Source: Lytechinus pictus
Taxonomy: Eukaryota
Length of the DNA stretch: 64,000 nt
Assembly (NCBI RefSeq): GCF_037042905.1
Contig: NC_087250.1
Span: 23,996,001 to 24,060,000 of the forward strand
Direction of reading: 5' to 3'
In this document: positions 40,981 to 54,027 of the stretch, one piece after another
Numbering within the stretch: position 1 is the stretch's first letter
Layout of the letters: each line of letters begins with the position of its first letter
Translations under genes and position numbers: made by a program
Notes under the pieces: generated by a model
The model's input: the letters and a program-made list of their open reading frames with translations, nothing else
Databases searched by the model: none
What the model was told of the DNA's origin: nothing

Positions 40981-41305
40981 ATTGTTGAAGTAATATCAGT
41001 CTATGCATTCTGTAAGAATAGATGTTACTCTAATTTCTCCCCGATTTAACTTTATTCGTCAAAAAGTTCTCGCGTAATGTTGTGTTGTGCAGCGCAGCGC
41101 AGAGGCGTGACGTCATAGGCTATCGATAACGCGATCTGTATCATTCCTCTGAACCCAGCTCAGTGTTGGAACTCGGTTCAGCAGCCTTTTCACGCTCTCA
41201 ACACCAACATCAACACCGAACACCGAACTTGAAATCACCCAATGATAATTATTAAAACATAAATCACTAAGATTATTAGCATGTTTTGATATGGTTCTCA
41301 TTCTA

Positions 41306-41501
41306 CACTCTTAAAAATGTTGGGCAACATACGGTCCACACAACAATTGGTTAAAACTTTATCCAATTCTGGGTAGTTTTACACCAATACTGTGTAGTTT
41401 TCACCCAAAGCACACATTATTGGTGTAAAACTACCCAGAATTGGATAAAGTTTTAACCAATTGTTGTGTGGACCGTATGTTGCCCAACATTTTTAAGAGT
41501 G
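41306..41501. mobile_element. CACTC-terminated palindromic MITE, TA TSD
   Basis: TA|CACTCTTAAAAATGTTGGGCAACATACGGTCCACAC ... GTGTGGACCGTATGTTGCCCAACATTTTTAAGAGTG|TA; about 80-bp perfect arms. Confidence 0.9.
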
Positions 41502-41503
41502 TA

Positions 41504-41611
41504 TTATCATTATGTTTCTAATGACTTCGTCATTCTCTCTTTTTTTCTCTGCATGTTTTCCATGACGTCTGAACACTACTTCTCTTTACTTACGTCCATC
41601 CGCAGGTAAGT
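41504..41611 (+). promoter_or_regulatory. Candidate recursive splice site (ratchet point) CAG|GTAAGT
   Basis: No AG dinucleotide from about 41500 to 41603, pyrimidine-rich tract, then CGCAG immediately followed by consensus donor GTAAGT. Confidence 0.5.
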
Positions 41612-42699
41612 CGTATTTTGCTCACTATCCAAATACAAATTGGGACTATGTAACGCATTTAGTATTGCTCTCTTGTCGATTGTGTCTTGAGCAACCGTCC
41701 TAAATATCCAGGTGATTTTCGGACAAATTCCACTTTGCTCTTCGTTAAAACGCAGATGCCCAGTATTGTGCGCGCGGTAAAAAAGCTACAACAATACCTT
41801 GGATTTTAAACCCGCCTTGAAAAAAATTAGATGAATGACGGTCTGTTACCGTGGAAAACATTGATGCCAATTATAAACCCCCAAACAGAATAAAAAATCT
41901 CAAAACAAAAACAAACAAAAAACGAACGTTTTGAATGTATATCATTCACAACTACATGTGATGATATTGTAGGGCTTTCTTTTCGGGGACGCATAGAAAA
42001 TAGCGACAAATTTACCATTAAAAAAAAACATACTGCCCTCGTCTGAAGACTGGTGGCATTAGTATTCTGTTCTTTGTAATATTTCCGAAGTTTCGTGGTA
42101 CGGGAAGTAAAAAATGAATATTTGAGATTCTTTGATTAAAAAAGTCAAGCAGGTTGTTTGTGAGGACTAAAAATAAATGATTTTATAGTCATCCAACAAA
42201 CCTTACCAGGATTTAAAAGCGCATAATGTCACAAGTACTGAGGATACAAGGTTGATATTGGAAATGGACACGGGGTTATATAAGGAAATAAGGTAGAACT
42301 AGGAAGCAATTGTTGCTGTCACACCAAACAAAGCTGACTCGAGACTGATCTAAGGTATTTCGTTATTACGAACGACTTACCATCGGTCGATTTGGAGTTG
42401 ATCTTTTGGTATGACTGTCAAATGGATGCAAGTTGTAAGTGTAGAAGGGAAGGGTATATGCTCTGAGGAAAAGGTACATTTCCAGGGTCGTCGAAATGGG
42501 GGACAATAATATTTTGAAAGACTATAAAAGAGAGGGAAGATTTGAATGTTTAGCATATTACGACAGCATGATTATAAATTACATAAACTCTAACACAATG
42601 ATTTATCGACAATCCTTATGGTAGAAAATGAAATCAAGACATTCCTCATCTTTATGCACACGAGCGCCCATAAGAATTTAGAGAAACTCTGGACGGTTA

Positions 42700-42820
42700 G
42701 GGTCTCTGTGTGCGGGTGTGTATGTGTGTGTGTGTGTGGAGGGGCGTGTGGGTGTATGGGTATGCGTTTCTATGCAGTGTGTGAGGGTGTGTGTGGGTGA
42801 GTGCGTATGTGTGAGAGAGA
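42700..42820. repeat. Imperfect (TG)n microsatellite
   Basis: Runs of GTGTGT visible in the sequence. Confidence 0.8.
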
Positions 42821-45800
42821 TGCATGGAGATAGAAATAAAGACAAAGAAAGAGAGACCAGAACATTTCATTTTACTCCAAAGAAAGCTAAAGGGTTAGCA
42901 ATCCATTTTGTTTTGTCCTTTAGATAAGGAGACCTGCTGGAAAGGACAAAGTGTTCCACAGTGTGTTCACAGTGTTGAACACAATGTATAACCATCGTCA
43001 CATTGTATGTAATCATTAGTAAGCATCAGTACGTTTCATATTTCCACGCATAATATGTGAACACACTGCGAACGCTCAGACATGCAGAGGTGTCCACAAT
43101 GTCGATGTTTTTTTTTTTTCCACACAGTTAAATTTGAGCATTTAAACAGTGTGAACTACACTTCTGTTATCTTAACTCACACAATTCTTTCAAACAAAGG
43201 AGAGTGGTGTAGAAAGTACACTAGAATTTCAAATTATTTTTGGAATGGGTTTTTCGTGCTGTAGTTTTAGATTTGAATGAAATGGCGCAGGGAACAGAAA
43301 AGATGGCTTGCTGAGTGACACACTTTCCCCGTACTCAGCAGAGGATTACCCCAAGAGGTTGTTTTTCATTCTGGGGCAAACGAAACCAGCCGTGACATGC
43401 ATGCATTTAGACCAACATCTACGTGGAGTATGCTAAATTATTCCGCAAATTCATTTTTGACCCTTTCTCTCTCTCTGTCTCTTCAACATCCCTTCCCATA
43501 CACGCACACACTGATAGCAAATGCGCTTTGAGATTTAGCAGCATTGAAGACATAAGGCTGATTATCATTTTTCGTAAATTATGCATACTCATCTTTTATC
43601 TAAAATGCGCATGATTGTATATTGAAAGGTGGCAGGATTATGAGACGACTCAATTGAAATGATTTAGAATACATATACTTTGGCTTCAAAACCCACAACA
43701 ACATTGTTAATGTTTATGGTTTGAAAGGTTGATAACAAAACAAACCAACGACTCTCTTCGATATTGATTTACTTCTTCTAAGATATTAAAAACACAGAAT
43801 TTATGATGTCGTCTTGACAGCTGTATTTAACATTGTATACCATTTTCTTCCAATTTATTTATTTTTTAATTTATTTTAATTTTTTTTTTACCGTATATGC
43901 ATGTTGCAGCTGTTATCATCCATTTTTTTCCTGCCTGGTCGCCAGTTGTGGTATTTCGCTTTGCTCGCTATACGTAATAATTATATAGAGTGTAATATGG
44001 ATTATTTTTTTCTTATAATCCATAATTCTCTACATGTACTGAATAAAATATAATAAATATCTTCTAGTTAAGGCATTGCAGGGACTCGTGTATTAAAATC
44101 CATGTTTGCATTATACTCGTTCCAGAATTATAAAAAAAAAGCAGAGATCATCTTTTTAATATGTTTGGGTACCTTCATAGCCACTCAATACGATCTCCCA
44201 TGCTCATCCCTCACCCTCACACGCCGTGTTTGCCATGTTGGCTGTTTATCTGCATTTCCCTTTTACACTGTATTCCCGGGGGCGTTTGCAATATTCAGTT
44301 ACCTGCAAACCGATATTTATATACACGGGCACGCATGATTTCATGGCACATAACAGTGGATCCTTGCATAGCCGGACGCGGTGCATGATCTATAAAAAAA
44401 GGAGGTACATGTACAAACAGTTGTATTCTTAACCTAATTATTTACACAAGGTATTTGAAAACGTGTATGTATTAACACGTACTTCCATGTAGCTATCATT
44501 TCTTAAATCATTACCTAGTCATGTTGGATAAATTAAAGAAATAAGATTCCTTTTCATTAAAGTGCAATAGGGTGCCGATTTAATTCATCTATTTCAAACG
44601 CAAATTCAAAAGCGGGATATGCTCTCCAAAATGTAATGCAATAAAAGAGAGAATATTTTTTTAAATGCAGAGTGGCTGGGGTATGAAACCAGGGCAAAGT
44701 CTGAAAAGCCGGAAACGAAATAACCTGAACATAAAGCTTATTCGAACATTTCATGACGTCACAACGAGAAATAAATAACCATGGCAACCATCAGCCTCCG
44801 TTGGCTGTCGGCTCTACGCTTATCCCTCTTCAGCCGTCCAATTTGGATTCTCAAATATTTGTCCAGGCAGTCCCATACTTTCTCCCCCATAACCTTATAC
44901 GGAAGGGGTCTCGTCTCACGCAGTGATTTGAATGTTGAAACTTGATGCATATGCATGCAGCAGGAAAAACAACAATCACACACACACATAGGTTGCGGGC
45001 AATTTAGCTCAGAAATGGTCTTAATTTCAAATAGCCAACATTTTTTTCACTACCAAAATTATGGAAATGAACACATTTTATTCAAAAAGGTATAAGATAC
45101 AAAATTAGAAATAGAGACTTTGTCAGATATATTGCTATACGTCGAATTCAGAATAGAGTCAGTATAATATAAGTTAATGAACCAAATGATTGTAAATCGA
45201 AAAGACACATCCTAAGCCGTTGATACAAAGTAATAAAAGAAAATAACTGTGGTGTCATTAGGTGTTTTATATATTCTTTTTCCGATGTATATGAAAGGCG
45301 ACTCGGTGATGATGTATTGGATTTTTTCCTTCAATTTTCCTGCAACAATGGACGCCTTGGAAGTGATTTTCCTAAAATAATCTTAGTCAACGTATAAACA
45401 GAGAATCAAATGAAATAACAAGTCTAACAAAAAAACCCTCTTTAATAACATATAATTATGCAGACTATGGCGTACAAACAACGTAATTTACTGCTTTGGT
45501 TTGGAAGAAAGAAACTTCGTCGAGTTTGCACTCTTTTGTTCAGTGTTAATATTACTGAGCAAAGCGCGGTATTTTTCATGACTATTATCTATTATTTTGA
45601 TGACATTTCAGTTTCTCTGACATTCATTCCTTTGAGAATGATTTATGTACATTTATGCCTGATCTAAATAAAAAGAGAGGGACCCTTTTGTATAGAAGTC
45701 ACACTAAACGAATCAATGAATACGAAAAACACGAATTTTAAATATAGTTTATTCATTATTATCAAAATACAGGATAAAACATGATCGGCACAGCAGCCGT

Positions 45801-47797
45801 TTAGATCATGGCCCTGATACGACATGTAAAAAATAATTATATAAAACGATATTAATTATATATAAAAAATAACAAAAACATTACAATAACTATTTTATAT
45901 AACAAAATAAGCCAGAAAAACTTTTGCATGGCAAGCAGCGAGCAGAATGTGAATTTTAGTTGATTTTCACACTTTTTGAAGTAGGGTAGAGAAGGAAACA
46001 CGCAGAGTGAGAGAGATAGAAAAAAGCAGAGGAATACTTTACTGGGAGATAAAAAGAAAATATATACTTAAAGTGAAAGGAGCAAAAAAAAATAATTAGA
46101 GACAAAAGGTAGTAGGGGAAGGGGATGCATAATTTAGTTTAATTTAATGATAACAAGGGGGGGGGGGATAAGGAAAATTATTCATTCATGAAATTTGACA
46201 TTCTTTATCAGCAAAGCTTTTTACCAATGATGTACAGATCTGCTCCACGAGAAAAGGTTCGAATCATTTCAATTCCGTGGAGCCCCTGTAAATGTAAGTA
46301 TAATGAGTGAGAGTTGTATTCTCCTATAAACGGATTATGCAGAGGTATAGATCGAATTTCCTATTAGTCATTGATGATTTGGTTCATCAGCAAACAGTGG
46401 TAAAGGAACGGATTTGAACGTGTTATAGAGAGTTTTTGTCTGTCCTAGAATTCCGATGACTCATTTTTTTTCAATTGGAATCAGTGTATGGAAGTAACAT
46501 AAAACAGTCAGAAGAGAAAAATGACAAGCAACCATGGAATCGATGTAGTGTTGTTACAAATTATGAAATTATGTTTTATTCCAAATAAACTGAAGGATGC
46601 TCACTAATGTAATAACCAATTAATAACGCGATAATAATTATCAATATTATTGAAAATAATGCAATTTTACACTGTAAGAGCCGTTTGATTTTTGAGCAAG
46701 TTGTTTTAAGCCAGTCATTCAACAACCTGTTTGAAACTTTAAACAGTAGTTGTTTGAGTGATGGGCTTGAAAACGTGTATATGTGCGTTTTTTACAGAGT
46801 ACATTGTTTACTATGGTCACGATAGACAACAACGAAGACATACAGCATTTAACAAAAATATAAATCGAATTCGAAATAATGTATACTTGAACATATTAAA
46901 ATGAAATAATTGTGAAATCAAAAAGTTCATAATCTGTATGATATATATTTTTTTTACATATTTAATTGGTACAAAAACATTTTTTTTTCCCGTAACGATC
47001 AATATTGAAGAAACGTGGTCGACGTATACAACGAAAGGAAGGTATTTCCGATTCATCAATCTCTACTCTCAAAACTACAGGATTTAAGATAAATCCAGAT
47101 TGGTTGTGAATAGTAACCAGCCGAATTTCGGATTCGTTATCAATCGTAAGGATTGTTATTCAAATCTTAAAAGATTTAAATACAAATGTTTCAGTTTTAT
47201 ATTTCAATCCACAAGGTTTAAGTCTATATTATCTTGTATTCGGCGGGTCACTATTCACAACCGATCTACATTTATTTTAAATGCTTGAAGTTAGAGTGTA
47301 CTCTAAAAAACGATTCGAACAAGGCGATTGACCCCTTTACTCTAAATAGTTCTAATTACATTCGCATCCTATGCATAACACCAAAAAAGGTCAATGAAAT
47401 TGCTCTCTAATCGGCGTGAATTGGCCTCTTTCAACCGGGCACAGTGCAGTGCAATTTGTTTGGATATTATACAAGGACCCGGTTTTGTATACAGTGATTG
47501 AAACAAGCTAAAAGTCTTCCACTTGAGTTCCCCTCGATAGCGCTTCACGGAGATGCATAAAACATCTCCTTCGCTCCCTTGTTTCACCCTCTCATCCTCC
47601 TCATGTCTCGGGCTTTCTCCCCTCTCCATATATCCCTTCGGAACTCTCATGTATTCTGCTTAACCTTCGTCATTACCATAATATACCTCTGACTTTATCT
47701 CTCTCTTTTTTCGTTTTTGACATGGTATGTTTCAACTATTCTGGTTGCCGATATTACAAAGTTTAGCAACTGATTGTATTTGTTCGATTGCTTGCAG

Positions 47798-47844
47798 ATT
47801 AAGTGCGATAAGTAGTAAACATCATGATAAATGTCTATAAAAAG
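47798..47844 (+). other. Candidate 47-nt exon (non-coding, or 5' exon starting MINVYKK)
   Basis: Acceptor TTGCTTGCAG| and donor AAG|GTAAGT; stops in all three frames, ATG at 47824 open to the donor. Confidence 0.3.
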
Positions 47845-47888
47845 GTAAGTGTAACTGCCCCCTGTGGCCTAGTGATATGACAGACATG

Positions 47889-48042
47889 GGGCCTGTTGCA
47901 TAAAACTTTTTACCTGAGAAAACTCTGGTACAAACTGAAAACTAAGGTTAGTCTGATTTCTGCCATTGACTTTAACACAGGGCAAAACCCCGGTAAAAAC
48001 AACCTGTGTTTTCTCAGGTAAAAAGTTTTATGCAACGGGCCC
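47889..48042. mobile_element. Harbinger-like MITE with ATG TSD
   Basis: ATG|GGGCCTGTTGCATAAAACTTTTTACCTGAGAAAAC ... GTTTTCTCAGGTAAAAAGTTTTATGCAACGGGCCC|ATG. Confidence 0.8.
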
Positions 48043-51000
48043 ATGAAGTTGTGTACTGGATAAATAGCGGAATACGAAGAAATGGATGTACATACAAAAG
48101 AGAAAAGAAACAAACCCACGAACAAGAAAAAAGAGTAATATTTTGGGGGAATCATCTCTGACGTTTGAATAATTGTGTATAATATGAATAATGTCAGTAG
48201 TATTGCTTTCATTATTATTAGGCATATTATTGTTACTATTATCATTGTCTACTCTATTATTATCTTCATTGTAATCAATATTATCATTAGTATCATCATC
48301 CTTATTTCTTTTTAACATTTTATAATAATTATCTTGAATATTTCGTCTGAAACTGAAAATGCTCAAAATGTCAGCATGGTAGCAAAGTTTTTCATCAAAA
48401 ACAAAGCTGATCAATCTATCGTCTTTCCAATTAAATAGCAAAAAACGATTGCCCCTTCTAGACTACTCATCAGAGACCTTGTCCCTTTTGGCATGAGGCA
48501 AAGCTGGCAAGAAAAGGGAGGGAGTTGTCATCAATCAAATTACTGTAAAAGAGCCAAAGAAGAATCGTGAATTACCCGTTTCGGACATAAAAAAAAACAG
48601 TTTCAACAATTTAGATATTTTTACTTGCATTCGTTTTGTTTGATTTGACCTAATGTATATATTAATATCTTAATGCACGATTTCAGTTATTATTTTGATT
48701 GATCTCATCCTGAAATATTTTCTTTGTAAATATTCATTCAACATTATTCTCTCAGCTATTTAAAGTTCGTATTTTGAAATCTTTTGACTTTCTTAAGATT
48801 ATGGGAAGCTAAAAACGCTTTCAAAGAATTTAGATCGTCTTTTTCTCATATTTTCTATTTCCTCATGATGTTTTGGGGGAAAAAAACTATATTTATTGCT
48901 ATTCCCCGAGAGATATGGCCGAGTATCAACATTAATGAAGTAATAAATTGAACATTTACGGTTATCATAGATTTGCGTCACAATGTGCTATAACGTGCAG
49001 TTAAAACTACATTTTAGACACACTTACCCCTCGCGAGCCTTATAGTGGGTTGAGCGATATTTTATTTTAGCAAGAACATTCAACTTTTTTTTTTCATTTT
49101 AAGGTCAGTCCTTCATTCAATTTGATCAAATGCCAATAAAGAAACCGAGAAGTTCAGCCTACTTTCCTCACCAAATCTGAAGACCAAGCACATAGGTTTC
49201 ATGCTTAAATGCTTTCCTTCATCATCCCACCATGCTGTTCCTCTCTCATTTCAATTCATCGCGGTGCTGTTACGACAGACAACGGTATCGATTATGATAA
49301 TAGTACACAATCAGATCAATAAATGGCCTGGCCGAGTGAGGCAATTATCGCTGGCTTCTTACGTGTCAGCGAGGGGAGAAGAGAACATTTTTTTTTGGCT
49401 TTCCATGCTTTTTTATGTTCTTCTTTTGGGGCGGCAAAGTACCCGTGTGTGACAACAGCCATGCAATCTAACTGGCCGATATCATTTTAGCATTCTTAAA
49501 TCATTTTGCTGAATTCTTTATTAATATGTTTTTTTTTTTACATCACATACTTTGATAAAGGGGGTCGTGAAATTATTGTTTTTATAAGCCCTATATAATC
49601 TAGTTAAAAGTCATTTGAAAGAAGTGAAGAACAGTCATTTACAACTGAACTAAACCGAATTTAAATTTGAATTCTTAATAAGTTTGATCTATAACCATGT
49701 TACAGAAATGATACTAAATTGCGAGAATATCATATTGCAGACTTCGATCACGCGCACTATCCCTTAGGAGGGCGCCCTAATAGGCAGATGTGGATGATGC
49801 GAATCGTTTCATGAAGACATTCATATCAAGGAAAGATAAGATAATTAAAGGTATGCGACTGTCTGATTGCTTCTATTAAAACACGTCTATACTGATATTA
49901 TCTACCAGAGTACATGCATCAAAGTAAATCATCCAATAAACGCTCAATACAAGACACGGTAAAAACCCATACAGGCCACTACACCCCGTCTTCATCGAGG
50001 ACACCGCAAGGCATATTACGGAGTGCTCAATCGCGATGTCGTTCAACATACATTGCTTCGAAGTAATGATTGTAACTTCAACATCTCGGTGTTTATAACC
50101 CATATACAACGCAGTTCAGGAAAGCCACGCGATAAAAATAACATGTTTATTACAATTCCCCCTAAAATTGCAACCATCCAAAAAGAAAAGAAGGAGTTTA
50201 AAGCTAATGATTTACTATAATATCATTCTTATTTTATGTTTTTATTGATTGAATGATGATGTTTTGTTTAGGATTAGTAATTAACTCATCTTAAGTTTTT
50301 ATGCATCATGTTGGATTTAGAAGAAAAATTACACGAACATGGTGAGAGTGCCAATGAAGTTATATACCCCTTTGTAGCTCACTGTGAAACAAACAGGTAA
50401 AACATTCTATTATTTATGTCATTATACATTATCTATATGCATGGCTATTCTCATACCATCTATCCTACCTAACAAAACAACAGTACATTATAATAGATCT
50501 CACCATTTTTTTGTTCGTTATTGAAACAAACCGCATATTGGTGTTCTACACAGGTTCAAAAGGGAGAGAATGAGAGTTATCACATATTTTGTTTGCTTCT
50601 TAGCAAGAGAAACAAGGAGCAAACCATGGAACCTATACCCGGTGGCATACGACCTCCAGATCATCCAAAAGAAACCACACACCAAGCCATGGCAAGTCAG
50701 AATGTAAATTGGTAACACTCTCTGTCAGTTTGGTATTCCATCTATATTACTCTATCAGTCTTTGAAACGGCTCGGATGACAAAAACCAATATCTTCATTC
50801 GGATCATTTATACAAGGTGCCGAGACATGTTAATCATCTCAAAGATGATTCTCGGTTTATTCTATCCAAGTCTTGCCTTACATTTACTTCGTGTACATGA
50901 CGGCTCTGCCTTTTCGGAGTCATCTTTTTAATCTTTAGAGCTAAATATTTCAAAAGATGAAAACGAATGTGAAGATTACATTCATCTGTAGTATTGTATA

Positions 51001-53837
51001 CCAAGATCCTTCTTAATCATAAGGCCGCTTAATACAAGTAAATGTCCGTATATGTATTTCAGAAAATATATTTTTCTGTAAAGTTGAATAAAATATTGCA
51101 TGTGTTGCAAAGTTTAATTTTCTTCAATACATGTAGAGGCAATCATCAATGGCAACATTGCAAATGCAAGGAAGAAGTAGATTTCGATGTCTGGTCCAAT
51201 AAGGATTATTTTCTGTTAAATTTATTATGGGGAGCTTATAAGCTGTATCTGATCTTCGATATTGTTGGTTGATCAAACAAAACAAAAACAACAACTTACA
51301 ATAAGAACCCCCGACAAAACAAAACACTACGAAAAAGCAAAAAAAAAAAGCGTTCAAAGGTTTAAAGGTTTTGTGTTCATAAGAGCCGTTCCAACGCATT
51401 ACACAATACATCGCATCTGCGATGGTAAACGACTGTCCAAAAGACTAGGCTTTATACAAGGCGTCAGGAACATGGAGTCCTACTGCTTCCCAAGGCAATA
51501 TACGCCAGCCTCACACACTGGTGGAATGATGAAATAAGAACAGGCGATCTGTACACTCCTATGATTAGACTCCAATTGGTATTGTAGTCACGCTAGAAGA
51601 CATCTCCTTCCATCTTACACACCCCACAGGTGTAATCTCCCCCGGGAGGGTTCAGGGATGTTGATAACAGGAGGGGCCGGAGGAATAATTTCGCACGAAG
51701 AAGGGGTTAAGGTGGAAATATACTACAAATCATTTTGTATCCATGCACCATAAAGAACAGAGATAATATTCATGCCTCAATAAATGCTTTTTATATAAAT
51801 CATCATTGTAAAGCAATGCTCATATTCGGGGCGAAACTTGCACTGCGGTTTTTACTGCCAGAGAAATGAAATGATGAATCTTCTTTAATCTAATGAAGAT
51901 ATTGACATATCGTAAATATCTTGCAAATTAAGCTTTCCAGAAGTTTCAGTGTAGATAGTTAAGTGGGTTATTGCTTCTTCAAGATATTGGGTGATAATGT
52001 GTATACGTGTGATGGAAAGTGTAAATCGAAACGTTTTTAACATTTTAAGTTGTATTTTTGAGACTTATTTAGAGAAAAATTTTGCATACATTTCTTTGAT
52101 TCGATGTAAATTGTTAAAGAAAATGTTTTAGTCAATCTCGTAGGGTGAGTATCAAATTTTAGCATTCTTTAAATTATTCATTTACATGTTTGAGTAAAAG
52201 TGAGCGTTATCTCAAAACAACGTCATTTTATTTATCTATTTTAGTTCCAGGCAAAGACGACAAGAATTTAATTCTTCAGAATTAAATTCGTAAATGATGT
52301 TTTCTGACCTCATATAAATGAATGAAAATGTGTAACACAATATATTATTGCACCCACACAACTTAGCAAGCAGACACACCACACACATTATTCTAAAAAC
52401 ATGAAAAAAATAATAATTTCAGTCGTAACACAATCCTTCCTGTTTGCTGAACATGTATAACAATGGCAAATAATTGATATATTCCGGCGATGATTATCGT
52501 TGATCTGTTGATTGTATCAGTGTGATGAGTCCTCATTTCAATTCCCAATCGTAAAATACAACAGGAGAAGACTGCCCAGCCTCATTAACATTTCATCCTC
52601 TAGTCGTCATCATCTCTCCAGCGATAAGATTCTGAAATGATGATAGAGCCCCGGGGAAGCATAAACTATGATCTATTTTCCTCCCGTTTTGTAGAGAGCT
52701 TGTGAGATTTTGTTGACCCGTTTGGCATGGCCTGGTTACAGTGTTTGTGATCGGTAAACAATGTTTGTTGATTGAAAAGCACGTTGGAATTCCTTTAATT
52801 AGAACCGAAGACAGAAATTTTAAGAATGGGTAGTTTCTATTCAGCCATTCAGGCAAAATGGCTTTATAGATTTCTTAAAAATGGAATGAAATAGAGAGAG
52901 AGAGAGAATGAAATGCAATGATCCCCCGGGAATAAATAATTGAGGTCTTCATGTAAAATGGTTTGTCTTGAATGCACAAGGAATGTAGATGAAGACGTAC
53001 CCAGTAATATTGAACAATATCAATCTCCATACTGCAATGATGTCCGTGAAGTTTAATTTCCGTTATTGGTATTCATAGTATTTATTGAAGTTTAACGAAC
53101 TTTCATTGGAAATAAATTATAATTTGCTGACATCAGACTAAGTAACAAGCAATGCAATGCTATAACATATTATTTTATTTATTTATTACTATCATTATCA
53201 TTTATTTTATGTTGAAATTATATTATTATTTTCTTTTTTTTTGGAGGGGGAACTGCCAATTAAACGTATCCTTTAAACACATTCATAGAACAGGGACAGT
53301 GAGATGATGGGTATACGGTTCTTTTAAGTGACAAAAAATAGACACAACTGTTTAATTTAAAAAACTCGATTCTATTTTGAGTGATTGATACATTATGATG
53401 TTTACATGGAGCCATATAAAAAATGATGCTCAACAATGTTTGAATAATGTTTGTATAATTTATTTTCGTCATGTTCCTTTCTCTTCCGAATTCTTCTTAA
53501 ATAATCGCTATATATTTTTGCGATAAAATATGGGGCAACTAATGATTTAGTGGATATTAATGGACCTTCCTATAAACGAACGTGCTGAATGATTAAAAGT
53601 GAAGGGAGACATGTAGCATTAGCTAATTGAAAGTAGTGAGAGGGCTGGGACCTGTCAAAGATTGATGGCTGATACTCAATAGGCAAGGACTTTACGATAA
53701 CGAACGGATGAGGAAGGGAGAAACAGATAGATACAGAGAAAGAGACAGACAGTCAGGAAAGAGTTATACAATTATGCTTAACAAATAAGATTATAAATAT
53801 CTAGAAATGCTCCACAGTGAGTGGAGGAAGTACATAG

Positions 53838-54027
53838 CAGGGGCCGCGGAATGATTTTCAAAGTGGGGGAGGGGGGGGGGGGGAGCTGAGCCAAAAGTGG
53901 GGGGCTGACCATGCAAAAAATCACCATCATAATTATGGTCATTTTTACGTCTTTGTACATGCACGGTTTTGGAAAGAAGTGGAGGAGGGTACCGAAGCCC
54001 CCCAGCCCCCCGCTTCCGCGTCCCCTG
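53838..54027. mobile_element. hAT-like MITE with apparent 5-bp TSD
   Basis: CATAG|CAGGGGCCGCGGAA ... TTCCGCGTCCCCTG|CATAG. Confidence 0.7.

Larger units (their letters stand above)
40255..41240. mobile_element. PHIS-group MITE, GGGTGATTTCAAGT family, copy 3
   Basis: ATT|GGGTGACTTCAAGTACG ... CCGAACTTGAAATCACCC|AAT; colinear with 22584-23478 apart from nested inserts. Confidence 0.85.
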
